A stretch of 64,000 nucleotides of DNA from Geosiphon pyriformis uo1 (Eukaryota > Fungi > Glomeromycota). Every line of letters begins with the position of its first letter. The first letter of the stretch is position 1. The stretch is from NCBI GenBank assembly GCA_016748015.1, contig JAAOMT010000764.1, positions 8,336 through 72,335 of the forward strand, given 5' to 3'. The translations under genes were made by a program, and so were the position numbers. Below, in pieces: positions 38,801 through 52,200 of the stretch. The notes beneath the pieces were generated by a model, which was not told where the DNA came from, did no database searches, and worked only from the letters and a program-made list of their open reading frames with translations.

Positions 38801-41200
38801 TAGATTAAAATATGTAAAAAAAAAATTAAATTTTTTTGGTTATATATATAATAATTATATAAATAAAATTATAATAAATTTTAAATTGTTAAAAAATACA
38901 GAGTTTTTAATAATTTGGACAAAACAAAATCTTTTCTTTTTTTTTTTGTAAAAGATTTTTTATAATTTTTTATGTAAAATAAAAATAATAAAGTTTTGTT
39001 TAAATACTAAATAGATTTTAAGTTTATAGTTAAAACTAACAAAATTAAAGCTAAAACTAATATAACTTTTTATTTAATTATAAATATTTTTGTAATAATA
39101 TGCTTTATATTGAAAATAATTATATAATAATTCAGAACATTTTATTGCTATTTAAACATATTTTATTAATTAAAAGCTTAACTAAATTCAATTTAAAAAA
39201 ATATTTCAATGTGAAATTTTTTTTTTAATATTGTTTTAAAAAAAGTTATTTTTAATGAATAATTTTTGTATTTGGTTTTAACAGTTTTATAGCTTATTAT
39301 TAGTAACAAAATTTAGTTTAGTTTTATACTTAAGAGTATTTATAAAAAATAAAACTGTTTAATTAAAAAAAAATTTAAATTTAAAATAAATCTGCTTAAA
39401 AACTTTTCAAGTAAAATATTGTATTCTTTTTTATTGTATGACTTAAAGCTTTTTAAATAAATACAGAGCCCAAACAATCTTTTAGGTCGGTTTGCAAACT
39501 ATTGAAAAAAAATGGCTTTAATATTAATATTTTTAAATACAATAAAAGTTTTTAATAAACTTTTTAAACATAAATTATTAAATTTACAAGTTTAAAATAA
39601 GTATCTTAGAATTTGTTGCAGTTTTTTGTAAAGTTAAAAGTTAGTTTCTTGAATAATTTTTTAGCAAAAGTCACAAAAATATTTTTTGATTGTAATATTA
39701 TTTTGGTTAATAATATACTTATTGTATTTATTTTTATAAGTATTTTAGAATAATAAAATTTTTCAAATAATTTAAAGTTTGCTTTTACCAATTAGTTTTT
39801 GAATAATTATAAATTATATTTAACATAAAAAACTTTTACTATTAAAAGCATTTGGATTTTAATAACTTAATTTTTGTTTGGTTTGTATAGATATTTAATT
39901 TTATTTTAAATAATAGTTTTGTTAATAAAAAATGCTTTTATTTAATATCTTGTATAAGTAAAGTATATATAATATATATTGCTACAAAATTTATTTATTT
40001 TAATTTAAAAAAAACATGTTTAAATAAGATTTTAATATTTATTAATAACTTAATTAAAGATATTAGTTTATTAAATATTATAAACAGTATTTTAATTTAT
40101 TTTTTGATTTGGATTTGGATATAAAATAAAAATTTATAGTTTATTATTATTAATATTAATTAAATTACAGAAAATAAACAGAATAATTATTAAATTAAAT
40201 TGTTAAATATTACTAAATATTTATTAAATTAAATTGTAATTAATTGTACTTAATTTTTATAACTGCTATTAAATAGAATATTATTATATAACAATATTAT
40301 TTTTTAAAAAAAGTTTTTGTAATATAGTTTAAAATTAAAAGATATTTTGGTATTTTTAATAATAAATAAATTAATATTATTAATAAATAAGACAATATTT
40401 TACAACTTTTGTTTTTAAGAAAAAATTTTTGATGATTAATATTTTATTAAATTAATATTTAATATAATTAAAAAAATATAAAAAAACTAAATTTTATATT
40501 AAATTTAATTAATTTTATTGATATGAATTAACATTATATTGTTTTTGTTTATTATTTTAATTTTTTTATAACTTTCAAATTTACAAACAAAATTATAATC
40601 AGTTTATACATATATATAATAAAAATATTATATAAAGAGTTGTTTATAATAGTTAAAAAATAATTTTATAATATAAATTATTCAAATATCTTGTATATTT
40701 AATATAATAAGATAAAAATTTCAGATTTTAGTTTTATGCATAATATAAATTTAATTGCTTGCTAAAATTTGTTGAATAAATATTTTTTACTTTTAGTATT
40801 TTAGTTTTTAATAATATATATTAACAATAATAGTTTATATTAAATGTATATAAAAGCTTTTTATTTAAAAACTGAATTAATAAAATCTTGTTAATTTTTA
40901 ATAATATAAAAACTATAATATTAAAATTAGTTAATTTTGTTTGTAAATTAATAATAAGTCATAAAAAATATATTTGTTTTTTTAATTTTAAGCTTTAAAA
41001 CTATATTGAAAAAAAAGTCTGTTATATATTAATGTTTTTATATTTGTTAATGTTTATAATCTTTTTGTTATTTTGTTAAGTAGTATAATATAAATGCTTG
41101 GTATTATAAAAAGTTGTGCTGTAAAATTTTGGTTTAAAAACACATTATTTGTTTTTTTAAAACTGAAAAAAGATGTTTCAATTAGAATAATTATGTAATG
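35850..41200 (+). mobile_element. Near full-length LINE (non-LTR retrotransposon) relic: ORF1 tail, APE endonuclease, RT, RNase H, C-terminal Zn finger; hypermutated
   Basis: Back-mutated motifs in order: WKIATCN (36464-36481), ETK (36559-36567), TIDFIF (36987-37004), SDH (37053-37061), NELWK (38424-38438), AWK..SMIPKPY (from 38512), IALIETARK (38569-38595), QDMRKAF (38752-38772), GLDQ..FSP (from 38912), FVDD (~39088-39100), FTDGS (40038-40052), KVKGHSGIPGNE (40331-40366), CxxC..SD (40694-40740). Confidence 0.88.
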
Positions 41201-42441
41201 TAGTTTTAATTAATTTAAATAAAAAAACATAAATCATATTTAATTTAAAACACTTGATTATTGTATCATATTAGATAATAATTAATCTTAATCAAAATAA
41301 TAGTAATATATTAAATATAAACTTTTTACTTTCTTAAAATCTTGGTTTTCCTTTAAATGTCAAATAAAATTTGTTTTTTGATTTTATCTTTGATAAAGAA
41401 ATAAATGAATAGAATCCTTTGAAATTAGATATAATATATTAGTCGAGGTTTTTACAAAGATGTATGGTAAATTAGTTTACATAAAACAGATACAGAATTT
41501 TTTTTCTGTAACTTATTTGTGAATTTTACAGGTGCTATGTTTAATTTTGCTGTTAATTAAAAATAAAAAACAATAGGTGTGTTGTTTGTTATAGGCAATA
41601 ACTTACCATTTGTGTATATTTAATGTCCAATTGAAATTTCAGAAAGTGTTTGATTTTGTGTTTTACTGGTAACAAAATTATTTTTCATAATTATAAAATA
41701 AGATGTTAGAAAATTAGATGTGCTTAAAAGTACTTGAAATGACAAAATTTTTTTGTTACCAAGTAATAAATAATATTGTAACTGTTCCATAAATTTTTGT
41801 TAAAAAATAGAATTTTCACCAATATATTGGTAAATCGAAATATTTCTGGAAAAAAGAAGCACTTCTTGGCAAAAAGTGATTATTATATTTGTTATATTAT
41901 ACGTAATAAACGTTCGTAATAGTGGATTAACAAAGCCAATTAGCAAATTACCGAATTCATAATCTAAAAGTAAAAATACTGTAATAAATCAATTATACTA
42001 AAGTACTAAAAACAAATTTGTTTAAAATTTTTTTATCAAAAATATTATTATATGAAATCAATCAAATTGAGCAAATATTAATTATATAATTTTTTTATTT
42101 TATTTATCTTTATATTTTTTTGAAATAATTTTGTACAAATATGTTTATCTTGTAATTTAAACAGTTGTAATATAGATAAGAGATTTTTTACTTTATTTAT
42201 AATTTAATTTAAAAAATTTAAATATCCAAAAAATTACAAAATTAACATTATTTATTTATATATATTATTTTAAATAAAATTTTTCTTAAATGTTAAATAA
42301 TTATATCTTTTTAATTTTATTAATTTTAATTATATTTGGTTTTAATAATATATATTAGTCTATTTATTATTAAATAATATTTCAAAAGTTTTTTATTAGC
42401 ATAATTATATTTTTGAAATCAATATAATAATAATTATTGTA

Positions 42442-42796
42442 GAGGGTATACTGGTGCATATTTTTTGAAAAACTTTATCGCAACTTTTCAAGCGGCAATA
42501 AAGTAGTTGATGAAATCATTAAGAATCCAATCTATCTTCCACCTATTAAGTATTATAATGAATATGCTGGATTGAATTACTATTCTTGGATTCCATGGGA
42601 CCGTTTGTCGAATATCAATAAAATTGCTAAAGGAGGATTCGGTATAATTTATAAAGCAACCCTAATTGATGGATTAATTGATGTAGCAACTATAAAACAT
42701 CATGGTGAAATGGAATATAAAAGATGGGAACATAGCAAAGGGATGCAAGTAGCAATAAAAATTATAAAAACGAGCAGTTCAGAAGTGTTTAAAGAG
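42442..42796 (+). CDS. Protein kinase gene fragment (Glomeromycota TKL-like N-lobe), truncated by the assembly gap; may be a pseudogene
   Basis: FSSGNKVVDEII..YYSWIPWDRLSNINKIAKGGFGIIYKA..QVAIKII..EVFKE followed by a GT donor; Gly-rich loop and VAIK lysine present. Confidence 0.85.
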
Positions 42797-42803
42797 GTAA
42801 TTA

Positions 42804-42840
<37 letters not shown>

Positions 42841-42904
42841 TATATAAAATTCATATTTACTATTATTTATTTATTTATTTACTGTATATTATTGTTTAAT
42901 TATT

Positions 42905-43745
42905 NNNNNNNNNNNNNNNNNNNNNNNNNNNNNNNNNNNNNNNNNNNNNNNNNNNNNNNNNNNNNNNNNNNNNNNNNNNNNNNNNNNNNNNNNNNNNNNN
43001 NNNNNNNNNNNNNNNNNNNNNNNNNNNNNNNNNNNNNNNNNNNNNNNNNNNNNNNNNNNNNNNNNNNNNNNNNNNNNNNNNNNNNNNNNNNNNNNNNNNN
43101 NNNNNNNNNNNNNNNNNNNNNNNNNNNNNNNNNNNNNNNNNNNNNNNNNNNNNNNNNNNNNNNNNNNNNNNNNNNNNNNNNNNNNNNNNNNNNNNNNNNN
43201 NNNNNNNNNNNNNNNNNNNNNNNNNNNNNNNNNNNNNNNNNNNNNNNNNNNNNNNNNNNNNNNNNNNNNNNNNNNNNNNNNNNNNNNNNNNNNNNNNNNN
43301 NNNNNNNNNNNNNNNNNNNNNNNNNNNNNNNNNNNNNNNNNNNNNNNNNNNNNNNNNNNNNNNNNNNNNNNNNNNNNNNNNNNNNNNNNNNNNNNNNNNN
43401 NNNNNNNNNNNNNNNNNNNNNNNNNNNNNNNNNNNNNNNNNNNNNNNNNNNNNNNNNNNNNNNNNNNNNNNNNNNNNNNNNNNNNNNNNNNNNNNNNNNN
43501 NNNNNNNNNNNNNNNNNNNNNNNNNNNNNNNNNNNNNNNNNNNNNNNNNNNNNNNNNNNNNNNNNNNNNNNNNNNNNNNNNNNNNNNNNNNNNNNNNNNN
43601 NNNNNNNNNNNNNNNNNNNNNNNNNNNNNNNNNNNNNNNNNNNNNNNNNNNNNNNNNNNNNNNNNNNNNNNNNNNNNNNNNNNNNNNNNNNNNNNNNNNN
43701 NNNNNNNNNNNNNNNNNNNNNNNNNNNNNNNNNNNNNNNNNNNNN
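42905..43745. other. Assembly gap (841 N)
   Basis: Run of n. Confidence 1.
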
Positions 43746-43939
43746 ATAAAACATAAATTATCAAGTTTATTATATTCATTTCAATATGTTAAAATAGTTA
43801 GCTTTTTAAAAGGTATTCTCTCACACCTAAAGAATATTATTTCTAAGTTCGATATTTTATTGTTTACTCGTTAACTTAATTCAATGTTACAAATTCCTAC
43901 CCAATATCGATTATCTAAGAAATTACCCATGCGACCTCT

Positions 43940-44075
43940 AATTTATCGAAAAAATTTATCACTATTCTGCCAAGATATCTTTACCAATTTTATTGCTACT
44001 TTCTTTTCCCACCCTTCTTCCTTCGAATTAGTTTTTTTCTTTTACATTCTATTTCACCATGATTTTTCATATTAT
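43940..44075 (-). pseudogene. Second, inverted kinase fragment paralogous to 42442-42796
   Basis: Reverse complement reads tatgaaaaatcatggtgaaatagaatgtaaaaga (KNHGEIECKR) versus tataaaacatcatggtgaaatggaatataaaaga at 42691-42724, followed by KVAIKLVK; contains a frameshift. Confidence 0.8.
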
Positions 44076-44249
44076 TTACAGAATCATATGATCAATATAT
44101 TATTAAAAAGGCTAAAAGCAACAGATTTTATTGATTTAAAATTAATATCCAATTTTTTAAAAATTTTATTTTTTAAAAAATGTTGTCTCTTTCTAAATAA
44201 CCTATTAACTTTTTACAACATGTTCTGCAAATTTTCAAAAATAAAACTT

Positions 44250-45050
44250 AAAATTTATGATATGCCTAAAACAAAATATACTAATTTGTTAATTTAATAA
44301 GATGTTTATAACATTTTTATAATAATAAGATTAATACTATAAATACAAAGTATTAAGAAAATAATGATTTAATTTTTATAAAATTAATATGTTTTTTTGA
44401 AATAAATAAATAAATAACATTACATGTTAAAAAAAATTGTTTTGTTTTTACAATAAATAAAAATTAGTTTGAAATAATTATATTAAATAATACAGTTATG
44501 TATAAATTTGAATTTACTTTAATAAATACATTATTATTATTATTATTATTATTGTTGTTGTTGTTGTTGTTTTAATTAAAAAAAACATTGTTGTTTATAA
44601 ATTAAAAGTGTTTTAATATTAATAATTAATAATTTTATTTTACTATTTTAAAATACAAATTATTATAAATTAACAAAAAAAATTTACCTATTATAAAATT
44701 TATGTAAATAATTATAACTTTTTTTATTTTTAAATTTAATTACTTGAATAATAAACAAATTATATTAATTAAATAATTAATTAATTAAAGTAACCAAAAC
44801 ATTAGTTAATAAAAAATGATTTAAAAAATGATTTAAAAAATAATAATAAATAAAATTTTAATATACAGTATATTAATTTTATTATTTGACAAGCTTGAAA
44901 AATTATTTTATTTTTCATTTTTGTGTAAAAATAAATTGTAATTTTAAATTAAAATTTTTAAATTTATTAATACCATAAGAATTCATGTTGTTAAACTTAG
45001 TATCATTTTTTTAATAAAAAATAACATTATTATTAAAGTTTAAAAAAATA
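44250..45050. repeat. Extremely AT-rich block with (ATT)n/(GTT)n tract
   Basis: Composition only. Confidence 0.4.
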
Positions 45051-45380
45051 TTCGGGATCATTTATTTTCAGCCAAGATTTTAAATGATTGTATTATATTT
45101 TTGAGGCAAATTCTCTTAGTATCACAGAATTGCACAGCCTAACCTACCAAGCCCAATTATAGAACAAAGAGTTTTTCATTGGTGAAACCATAATCATCAT
45201 TTTGGATGCTATCAGGTATGCTCGTTTTCCAAAAACAAATGTGATCCGCGTCGGATGATAACTCTAACAGTGGACAAGAAAGCGGATAATAACTTTTTTA
45301 TTTCCACATCAAACTTTTATTTTCAATCAGTCCGCTTTATATTTCTTCTCTTTGGATTTTCAAAAGCTCATATTGTCGAA

Positions 45381-45899
45381 ATGGACTTCATATTCTGTCT
45401 GACAATACTGAGTTTCCTCTTTGTAGCCTCGGCAAATGATACCTCAGTATGTAATGGATTTCGTATTACGTCACCCGTTGCCCTTGATTTGGTTTATACA
45501 GCAGGTGTATTTTCTAAAAATTAAATTGTTCAGCAGTAAAAATAACTTACTAAAATGACCTCCTATATTTCTAATCTAAATTCAGGCCAGTGCTACCAAA
45601 TCTCATTCGACGTCGGAAATAGTGTGATAAGCGAGATTGAGAGCGTGGAACTTCTTGAAGCCAAAACCGATAAACAAATATCTATGCTCTGGAAAGGCCC
45701 AATCAAATCATCTGGAACAATTAGTACACCTTATTTCAAGATGGATTTGGGTTCAAACCCACAAACTGGAATTTACAAGTATCGAATGACCGGTCGGATT
45801 TCGGGAAAAAATTCTGAAGTGTGTCGGTTTGGGAGTATTTGGTTCAAGGTTATTGTCGATTCTTTGGGAAATAATTCGGTCATAAAATGCCCTGAATAG
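45381..45899 (+). CDS. Small secreted Cys-containing protein (145 aa), 2 exons
   Basis: Exons 45381-45504 and 45586-45899 join in phase: MDFIFCLTILSFLFVASA (signal-like) NDTSVCNGFRITSP..TAGQCYQISFD..VCRFGS..IKCPE; 4 Cys in the mature part. Confidence 0.85.
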
Positions 45900-46599
45900 A
45901 ATTGTTGAGTAGAATTTGTAGAATTGAGTCGTGAGTTAAAAAATTTTTTTATTTGACTCATGTTTAAGATAATGAATTATAGTTGGGTGGAAACAAAATT
46001 AAGTGGTTTGAGCTGGGTAAATTTTAAATCTTATAATTCATATAACACTATCACAAAGATATCTTTGTGAATTCTGATGATACTCATTTCCACAAGCATG
46101 TTTATAATGTTACTCTTGGATTTCAGGTCTTTTATTTATAGAGATGGATCAATCAAATATTTAACCCTTATTAAACTCTTGCATTGTTTTTTTTTTCAGC
46201 AAAAATTATTACTTCAGGGCAATTTAAAAAAGTATCGTTTCAATCCATGATGTCTCACCGGGATAATTTAATCCGGCAACAGCTTTTAAATATATATCGT
46301 AAAAATGTCCAAGTTAAAAAAATGACACAATAAATAGGAGTCTAACAATTATATTGTAGATTATGCTAAAATGACTGAAATCAATTATAAGGTCACATCA
46401 CTTTGAATTTTTAATTGCACAAAATATAAGATGAAAATTATATTCTCTGACATAATAAATCATATGTATTCTTCCTATTTCAAATTTATTAATATTACAA
46501 AGTGGTTTTTTTATTCACTATTTTTAATTAAATAATCCATTCCAAGAAAAGAATTGTCTCTTAAAGTGATGAGTTTTCTTTTTGCAAGTTTTTAGAACT

Positions 46600-47370
46600 C
46601 AATATATATTTCTTTTCTTGTTTAACTTATTAAGTAATTTAAAAAAATGGAAATAGTTTGCAATGGGAGTTTTTAAAGTAAATAAATATGTTTGTATATT
46701 ATTAAATTCTTGAAATAAAAACTTTAAGATTTTAGAAATTCTGCAATCATTTTTTAGAATTTGGAAAGTTCAAATATATTTGCTTTTAATAAGTCATGTT
46801 TGTAGATTATAACTTGTCTACCTTACCCATGATTTCCATCAGAAAAGTAGCAGAAATGAAATATTGGGTTGAGCATTATTTAGAAAAGCAGCTTAATGTT
46901 GTTGTATAATAAGAATTCCATATTGCAGCTTTAAAAAAATGGTTTAATTTTATAAAGTTTATCTTATCAACTTCTTTAGATATGGATATTTATTATAAAT
47001 AATAATCATAAAACATAAAGGTTGCGAAGCATTTATTACCTGTACATGGTAATAAAAGGGACTCATTATCAAAATAACACAATTATGAAGAGAAACTCAC
47101 TTGGTTAACGTATCTTTATCGACTTAGACATTCTGGTTCATTTTATAACTCTCAAAGTCTAACTCTGAAACCGAAGATCTAGCCATTGAATCGGTCGAAA
47201 TGAAATTCATCATTATTATATATACCATTTTGCAAGGTTTTGTTCCTTGGATTATTTAAGTATGAATGAGATTCACCATTTAATTCAAGAATATTAGCAA
47301 ATTGAAATAAAATAATTGGGAAATGTTAAATTTAAATTTGAAGAAAAATTTGAAGAAAAAAATTGCAATG
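46600..47370 (-). pseudogene. Decayed paralogue of the lipase-fold gene at 59550-61013
   Basis: 47105-47193 aligns ungapped to 60638-60726 (about three quarters identical by eye); 47196-47219 and 47267-47297 match 60740-60763 and 60841-60871; deletions and frameshifts between the blocks. Confidence 0.85.
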
Positions 47371-47599
47371 TTTACAAACAATAAAATTGTTATTAAAACA
47401 TATAAAGCTCTTTCTCATATTTTATAACCAAAATTAGAGCAAAGAGTAAAAGAGAAGTGGCACCACTTTTTTTATAGTTTCTAACAGTATAACAACTTAG
47501 TTTTTGGCTGCTAATAGAGCAATATTTCTATCTTTAAGTAAAGTTTTTCTTTATTCAAAATATTTTTCAAGTAATTTATTAAGACTAGTTCTAATGTTT

Positions 47600-48700
47600 T
47601 TGCTATTAACTTAAAAAATCTTATTTTAGATATTAATATTATAGATTAGAGTAATATTTTAATAAATAGCAAATAAAAATTATATGGCAAAAAAACAATT
47701 AAAAAAAAATTCAAATAAATAAGCAAATTAAATTTGTAAAAATTCAAAATACGAGATTAGTTTTATAAATATTTTAATTGCTATTTTTTTAAAAGAAACA
47801 AAGAAATCTAAAGATAAAAAAATTAGTTTGTTTTATCAATAAAAATTAATATAGCTGCTATAATTATATGTCTTATGTTAACATTTTTATAAATTGATAA
47901 CAAATATTATTTGTCTTTTATATTAATTATTTAGTTAATAGTTACATCAATAAGTAATTTTAAAAATAGAATAACTAATTTAAATAATATTAATGGTTAA
48001 TATACATGAATAAATAGAATTAAATAATTAAATAAAATAAAAATTAAAAGATTTAATTATAAAATTTAAATTAAAGTTTTTTTAACTTATAATAATATGT
48101 TATTGTTTATTTTAAAATTCTTAAAGCTTCTAATCTGTTTTTAATTACTAATTAATATTGGTAAAAAAGAAAAAAATTTTAATTTTTTTTTTTCAATTAA
48201 AAAAAGTATTTGTTTTTTTAATACAATTGTAAATTATTTTAAAATTAAATAAATTTTTAAATTTTTAAAGCTTTAATTATTAACAAAATATCAATTAATT
48301 ATAAAATTTATTAATTTTATTAATAAAATAGTATTTTTTTAAGAAAATAATATTACACTAAATGTTTTTGAAAAATAATATTGATTAATTAAAAAAATTG
48401 ATTAATTGGAAAAAAAATAATTAATTGAAAAAATATTATAATAAAATTAAAAAATTAAAGACTTTATTAATTAAATATTTTTAAATAAATTTTATTATTT
48501 TTGAACATAGGAAATTGAAATATTTTATCATGATAAATATCTTAAAAATAAGTTTATTCATTTTCTTTCATAAAATTTTTAACGGTTATATTTTTAAAAG
48601 TTATTTAATTAAAACATAATAATTGATAAAATATTGGGAAATATCAATTTTTATAAATCTCACATAAATAAAAACTTTTGATTTTTTGCTATAATATATC
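47600..48700. repeat. Extremely AT-rich block, probable decayed repeat
   Basis: Composition only. Confidence 0.4.
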
Positions 48701-50861
48701 TTGGACTGGTTGAAATTTTCAAAATTAAAATACATGTGATTATTTGATTCAGATAGAAATTTGAAAAGTCTTATCTAGAAATTTTCAATATATACGAGAT
48801 TATTCCATTAAAATCACTTAACTTGTTTTATCTAAATTATTTACAGATTTATTCAAATATTATTTATTTAAATACAAAATTCTAATTTTTTCTTCTTTGA
48901 TGTGTAAAACTTCCAAGAAATTATATCTAATCTCTAAAAAAAAAAAAAAAAAGTTATTTATCCAATCTGAATTGTTTACAAGATGAAAACTAGTTTGGTT
49001 TTTTATTATTGGATCGGTCATTAAATAACTTATCTTATGACCTCGTCAGCATAAAATTACCAATATGGTTTTCTGATAAAATTTAGAATTAATTAACATT
49101 TTGCATCTTTTGAAACCTGATTCTTTCTAGCTTTTTAAATGTTTCCTAAAAATCTTGTAATTTTAAAGTTGTTTGCATAAAAAAAAAAAAAGTATAACCG
49201 GTTCTCATTGAAAAAAAAAAGAAAAATTGTGAGAAAATATTTTTTATCAGTATAACAAAGAAATAGTGAATAAGTTAACTTATCAGCTTCATCTAAATTA
49301 AAAGATTTTAGATTTTCAAAATAATAATTTTTTTTTACCGAGGATTCGAGATAAATCATTTGCAATTATTTATTCTATTATAGAATTCTTTTTTATGCAC
49401 TGAGTTCTTATCTAATTTTTAAGGTATTCCCGTGAATAAATTTTATTTTGCTGTATGATCAAATTCTGTCTACTCAATAGATAAACGGAAAAGAACTTTA
49501 AAAAAAAAAAGGCAGAAAAATAGAATTAATAAGAGAGAATAATTAAATTGTAAAAAAAATTAATTATTTTAAATTTTTCAGTGTGCCATAAATATTTTTT
49601 ATTTTTAATATATTAATTGTTACAATTCAGAAAATTTTTTTTTTTCCAAAAGAGAAAGTTAAATCCATGCTTTTTAAAAATCACTACTTTATAATGATTT
49701 TTGGTCAATTACTTGCTGGTTTTGAAATATGTTCAAGTTTTTATTTGACTTAGTTTTTTTAATCCAAAAAGAAATTAAATGTTACTATTATTTTTCTAAT
49801 TGAGAAAACAAAAGAATGGAAAATTTCAAATGAGTTAGTACCCAAAGATTTGATAAAGTACAAAAGAAGAATGTGATCAAAAAGAAATTTTTGTACTCTA
49901 CTCCTATTTCTTGTAAATAAAGTATTATTATTATTATACTACTTTTTTCCAAAACATGTGGTTTTTAAATTCTGGTTTTTGTTACAGAGATTTTCGTTAT
50001 TGATTGTGTGAATAAATTCACACTTTAGGCAATTTTCATCACGGGGTAAAACTATATTTTGAATAGAAATTTCCATTTTTAGTAATCGTCAAATGGTAAC
50101 TTGATGAAGAAATTGTACATCCAGATACAATGCTTCACAATTCGCCCATTTAAAAAGATCTTAAACTTGAGATTTTTATTGGTTGGATAAAAAGAAAATG
50201 AAGAGAATCTTGATAAATATTCAATACAAATGATGATTATGATGATGATGATGATGATGATGATCACATTCACGATCACATACTCAAAACCCCTCCCACC
50301 TACATACTCCCAAATGAGATGAAAAATATGATAAGCGTGTGTATAAAAATCAATCAGATAACGTGCATAGGAAATTGTGTGGGAACAAAAATGGGTTAAA
50401 ATCTCACCCAAAAAAAAAAACCGTGCAAATCAGGATTACTCTAAATAAAAACGCCAACCTGTATTATCACTTGAGTGTTTGTGGGCTAAAATATCAACTT
50501 ATCACGTCGATATGCATCATACATTATTTTGTAAACTATGAATAATCTTTTACAAATTAATCGGAAAACTAAATCTCCTACATCTATTATCTATTACGCG
50601 CTTCTATACTCTAATATTAATTCTATTCTAAAATAAATTAATAATCAGGTGGTGTTCTGAGAAAAAATAACACGTCGTAAAAAAGTTGAAAAGCCATCGT
50701 GAAAATTCAACTTTTCACAAAAAAAATTACTGCTCTTTTTTTGTGTTCCATTTTCGTTACAGTTTTTCCTTTCATAAAAAAAAAAAAAGAAAGATAAAAT
50801 CTCGTTCTGCTTCCGACCTTTTCCTATAGTATCCTACATAAATCTCCCAACTTTCAAGAGA

Positions 50862-52200
50862 ATGGTATATTGCCATCCCGGAAATTTACCGTCCGAAATT
50901 CTCCAGGAAATTTTTAGAAACTTTGTAAAATACTCTTCTCCCATCGATAAAAAGGATACTTTAAATAATCAAGTTACTAGTAATGTTAATAGTAATAATG
51001 ATAACAACAATTCTCCCACTTCACCTGTGACTCCAACCAGTCCAAACTTCCCAACAACTACACATGCTCCCCCGGCTTCTCCCACTCCGATAACAAATGG
51101 AAATACGGAGGAAACAGAGGAAACTTACGACTTAAAATCTCTTCTCTCTTGTATTCTAGTGTCAAAGCACTGGTCTGAAAACGCTATTTATTTATTGTGG
51201 TCTCAACCTTTTCACCATACTCTCCCAAAACCTTCTCAACGTTCACTTATCAACACTCTTTTATCATGTCTCTCACCTGAGGATCGTGAAGGTTTACTCC
51301 TCGTCGGTATCAAGTTTCCCTCGTACTTCTTCGCTTCTTGCCCCTACCAACAACCAAGACCATATTATGCCTATCCTGCCTTCATGAGGCACTTTAATTT
51401 TTATAAAATGGTTGCGGCCGTGAGTGCTCGTGAAGAGCAATACGAAGAAGATCATTACAATCAAATGTCAAAAATTAAGTTGGTCTTGAAAAGTTTGATG
51501 AGGTTGTTTGTGGATTATAATACACAAGTGGAGACCTTGGTTATTTCCACACGGGTTGGAGGTTGCTCAGTTCAAGATCATGATGACCTTTTGAATACCA
51601 GGGATGCAAGAAAGTTGTTGAGTGATATTCGTGGGCTAAAGATTGAAGCAACAAAGTATATGTTTACCAAAACGTTTACAAATTTGGCCGGCTTTTCCAA
51701 ACATGTGGTTAGTATCTTTTGATGTTTAATGTATGAAATGGTTCATATAGATTCTAATTTTAGCTATTCCTATTTTTCAGAGATACATGGATATTGAATG
51801 GTCCGATCAATTTCAATACAAAAAGCCTGAAGAAATGAAAAATAATTGGAAAAATCTTCTTTCCACACCTTCTCACCTTTTCCACCTTCGTATCTATAAT
51901 ACAAAAAGATGCGACATAATTATTCCTCCTTTGCAAACTCAAGCTCATTGTCTTCGTACAATAAAATTTGAAAAAGTTGATTTTGATACTTGTGAACCTT
52001 TGGATGAAATTATGGCCTGCCGTAAATTGGTTGCTCTAAAATTTGATGAATGCTCAAACGTGTATGACTATATGATCGAACCATTGGTTAAGGGTAAACT
52101 ACCGCGATTACAACGTCTATCAGTTGTCGGTGGAACCAAGTGTGATGAATTGAAAGCTTGGGCCAAGAAGTTTACAGACGAGGGGGTTAAAAAGAGTTGA
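50862..52200 (+). CDS. F-box / RNI-like LRR protein, 2 exons (50862-51707, 51781-52200)
   Basis: LPSEILQEIF...LLSCILVSKHW..AI.LLW..PF F-box-like motif split by a S/T/P/N-rich insert; C-terminal LRR-like segments (LRTIKF, LVALKFDEC, LPRLQRLSV). GT-AG intron in phase. Confidence 0.85.

Noticed and set aside
42889-43779. Three long poly-X ORFs
   Set aside because: Artefacts of the N gap.
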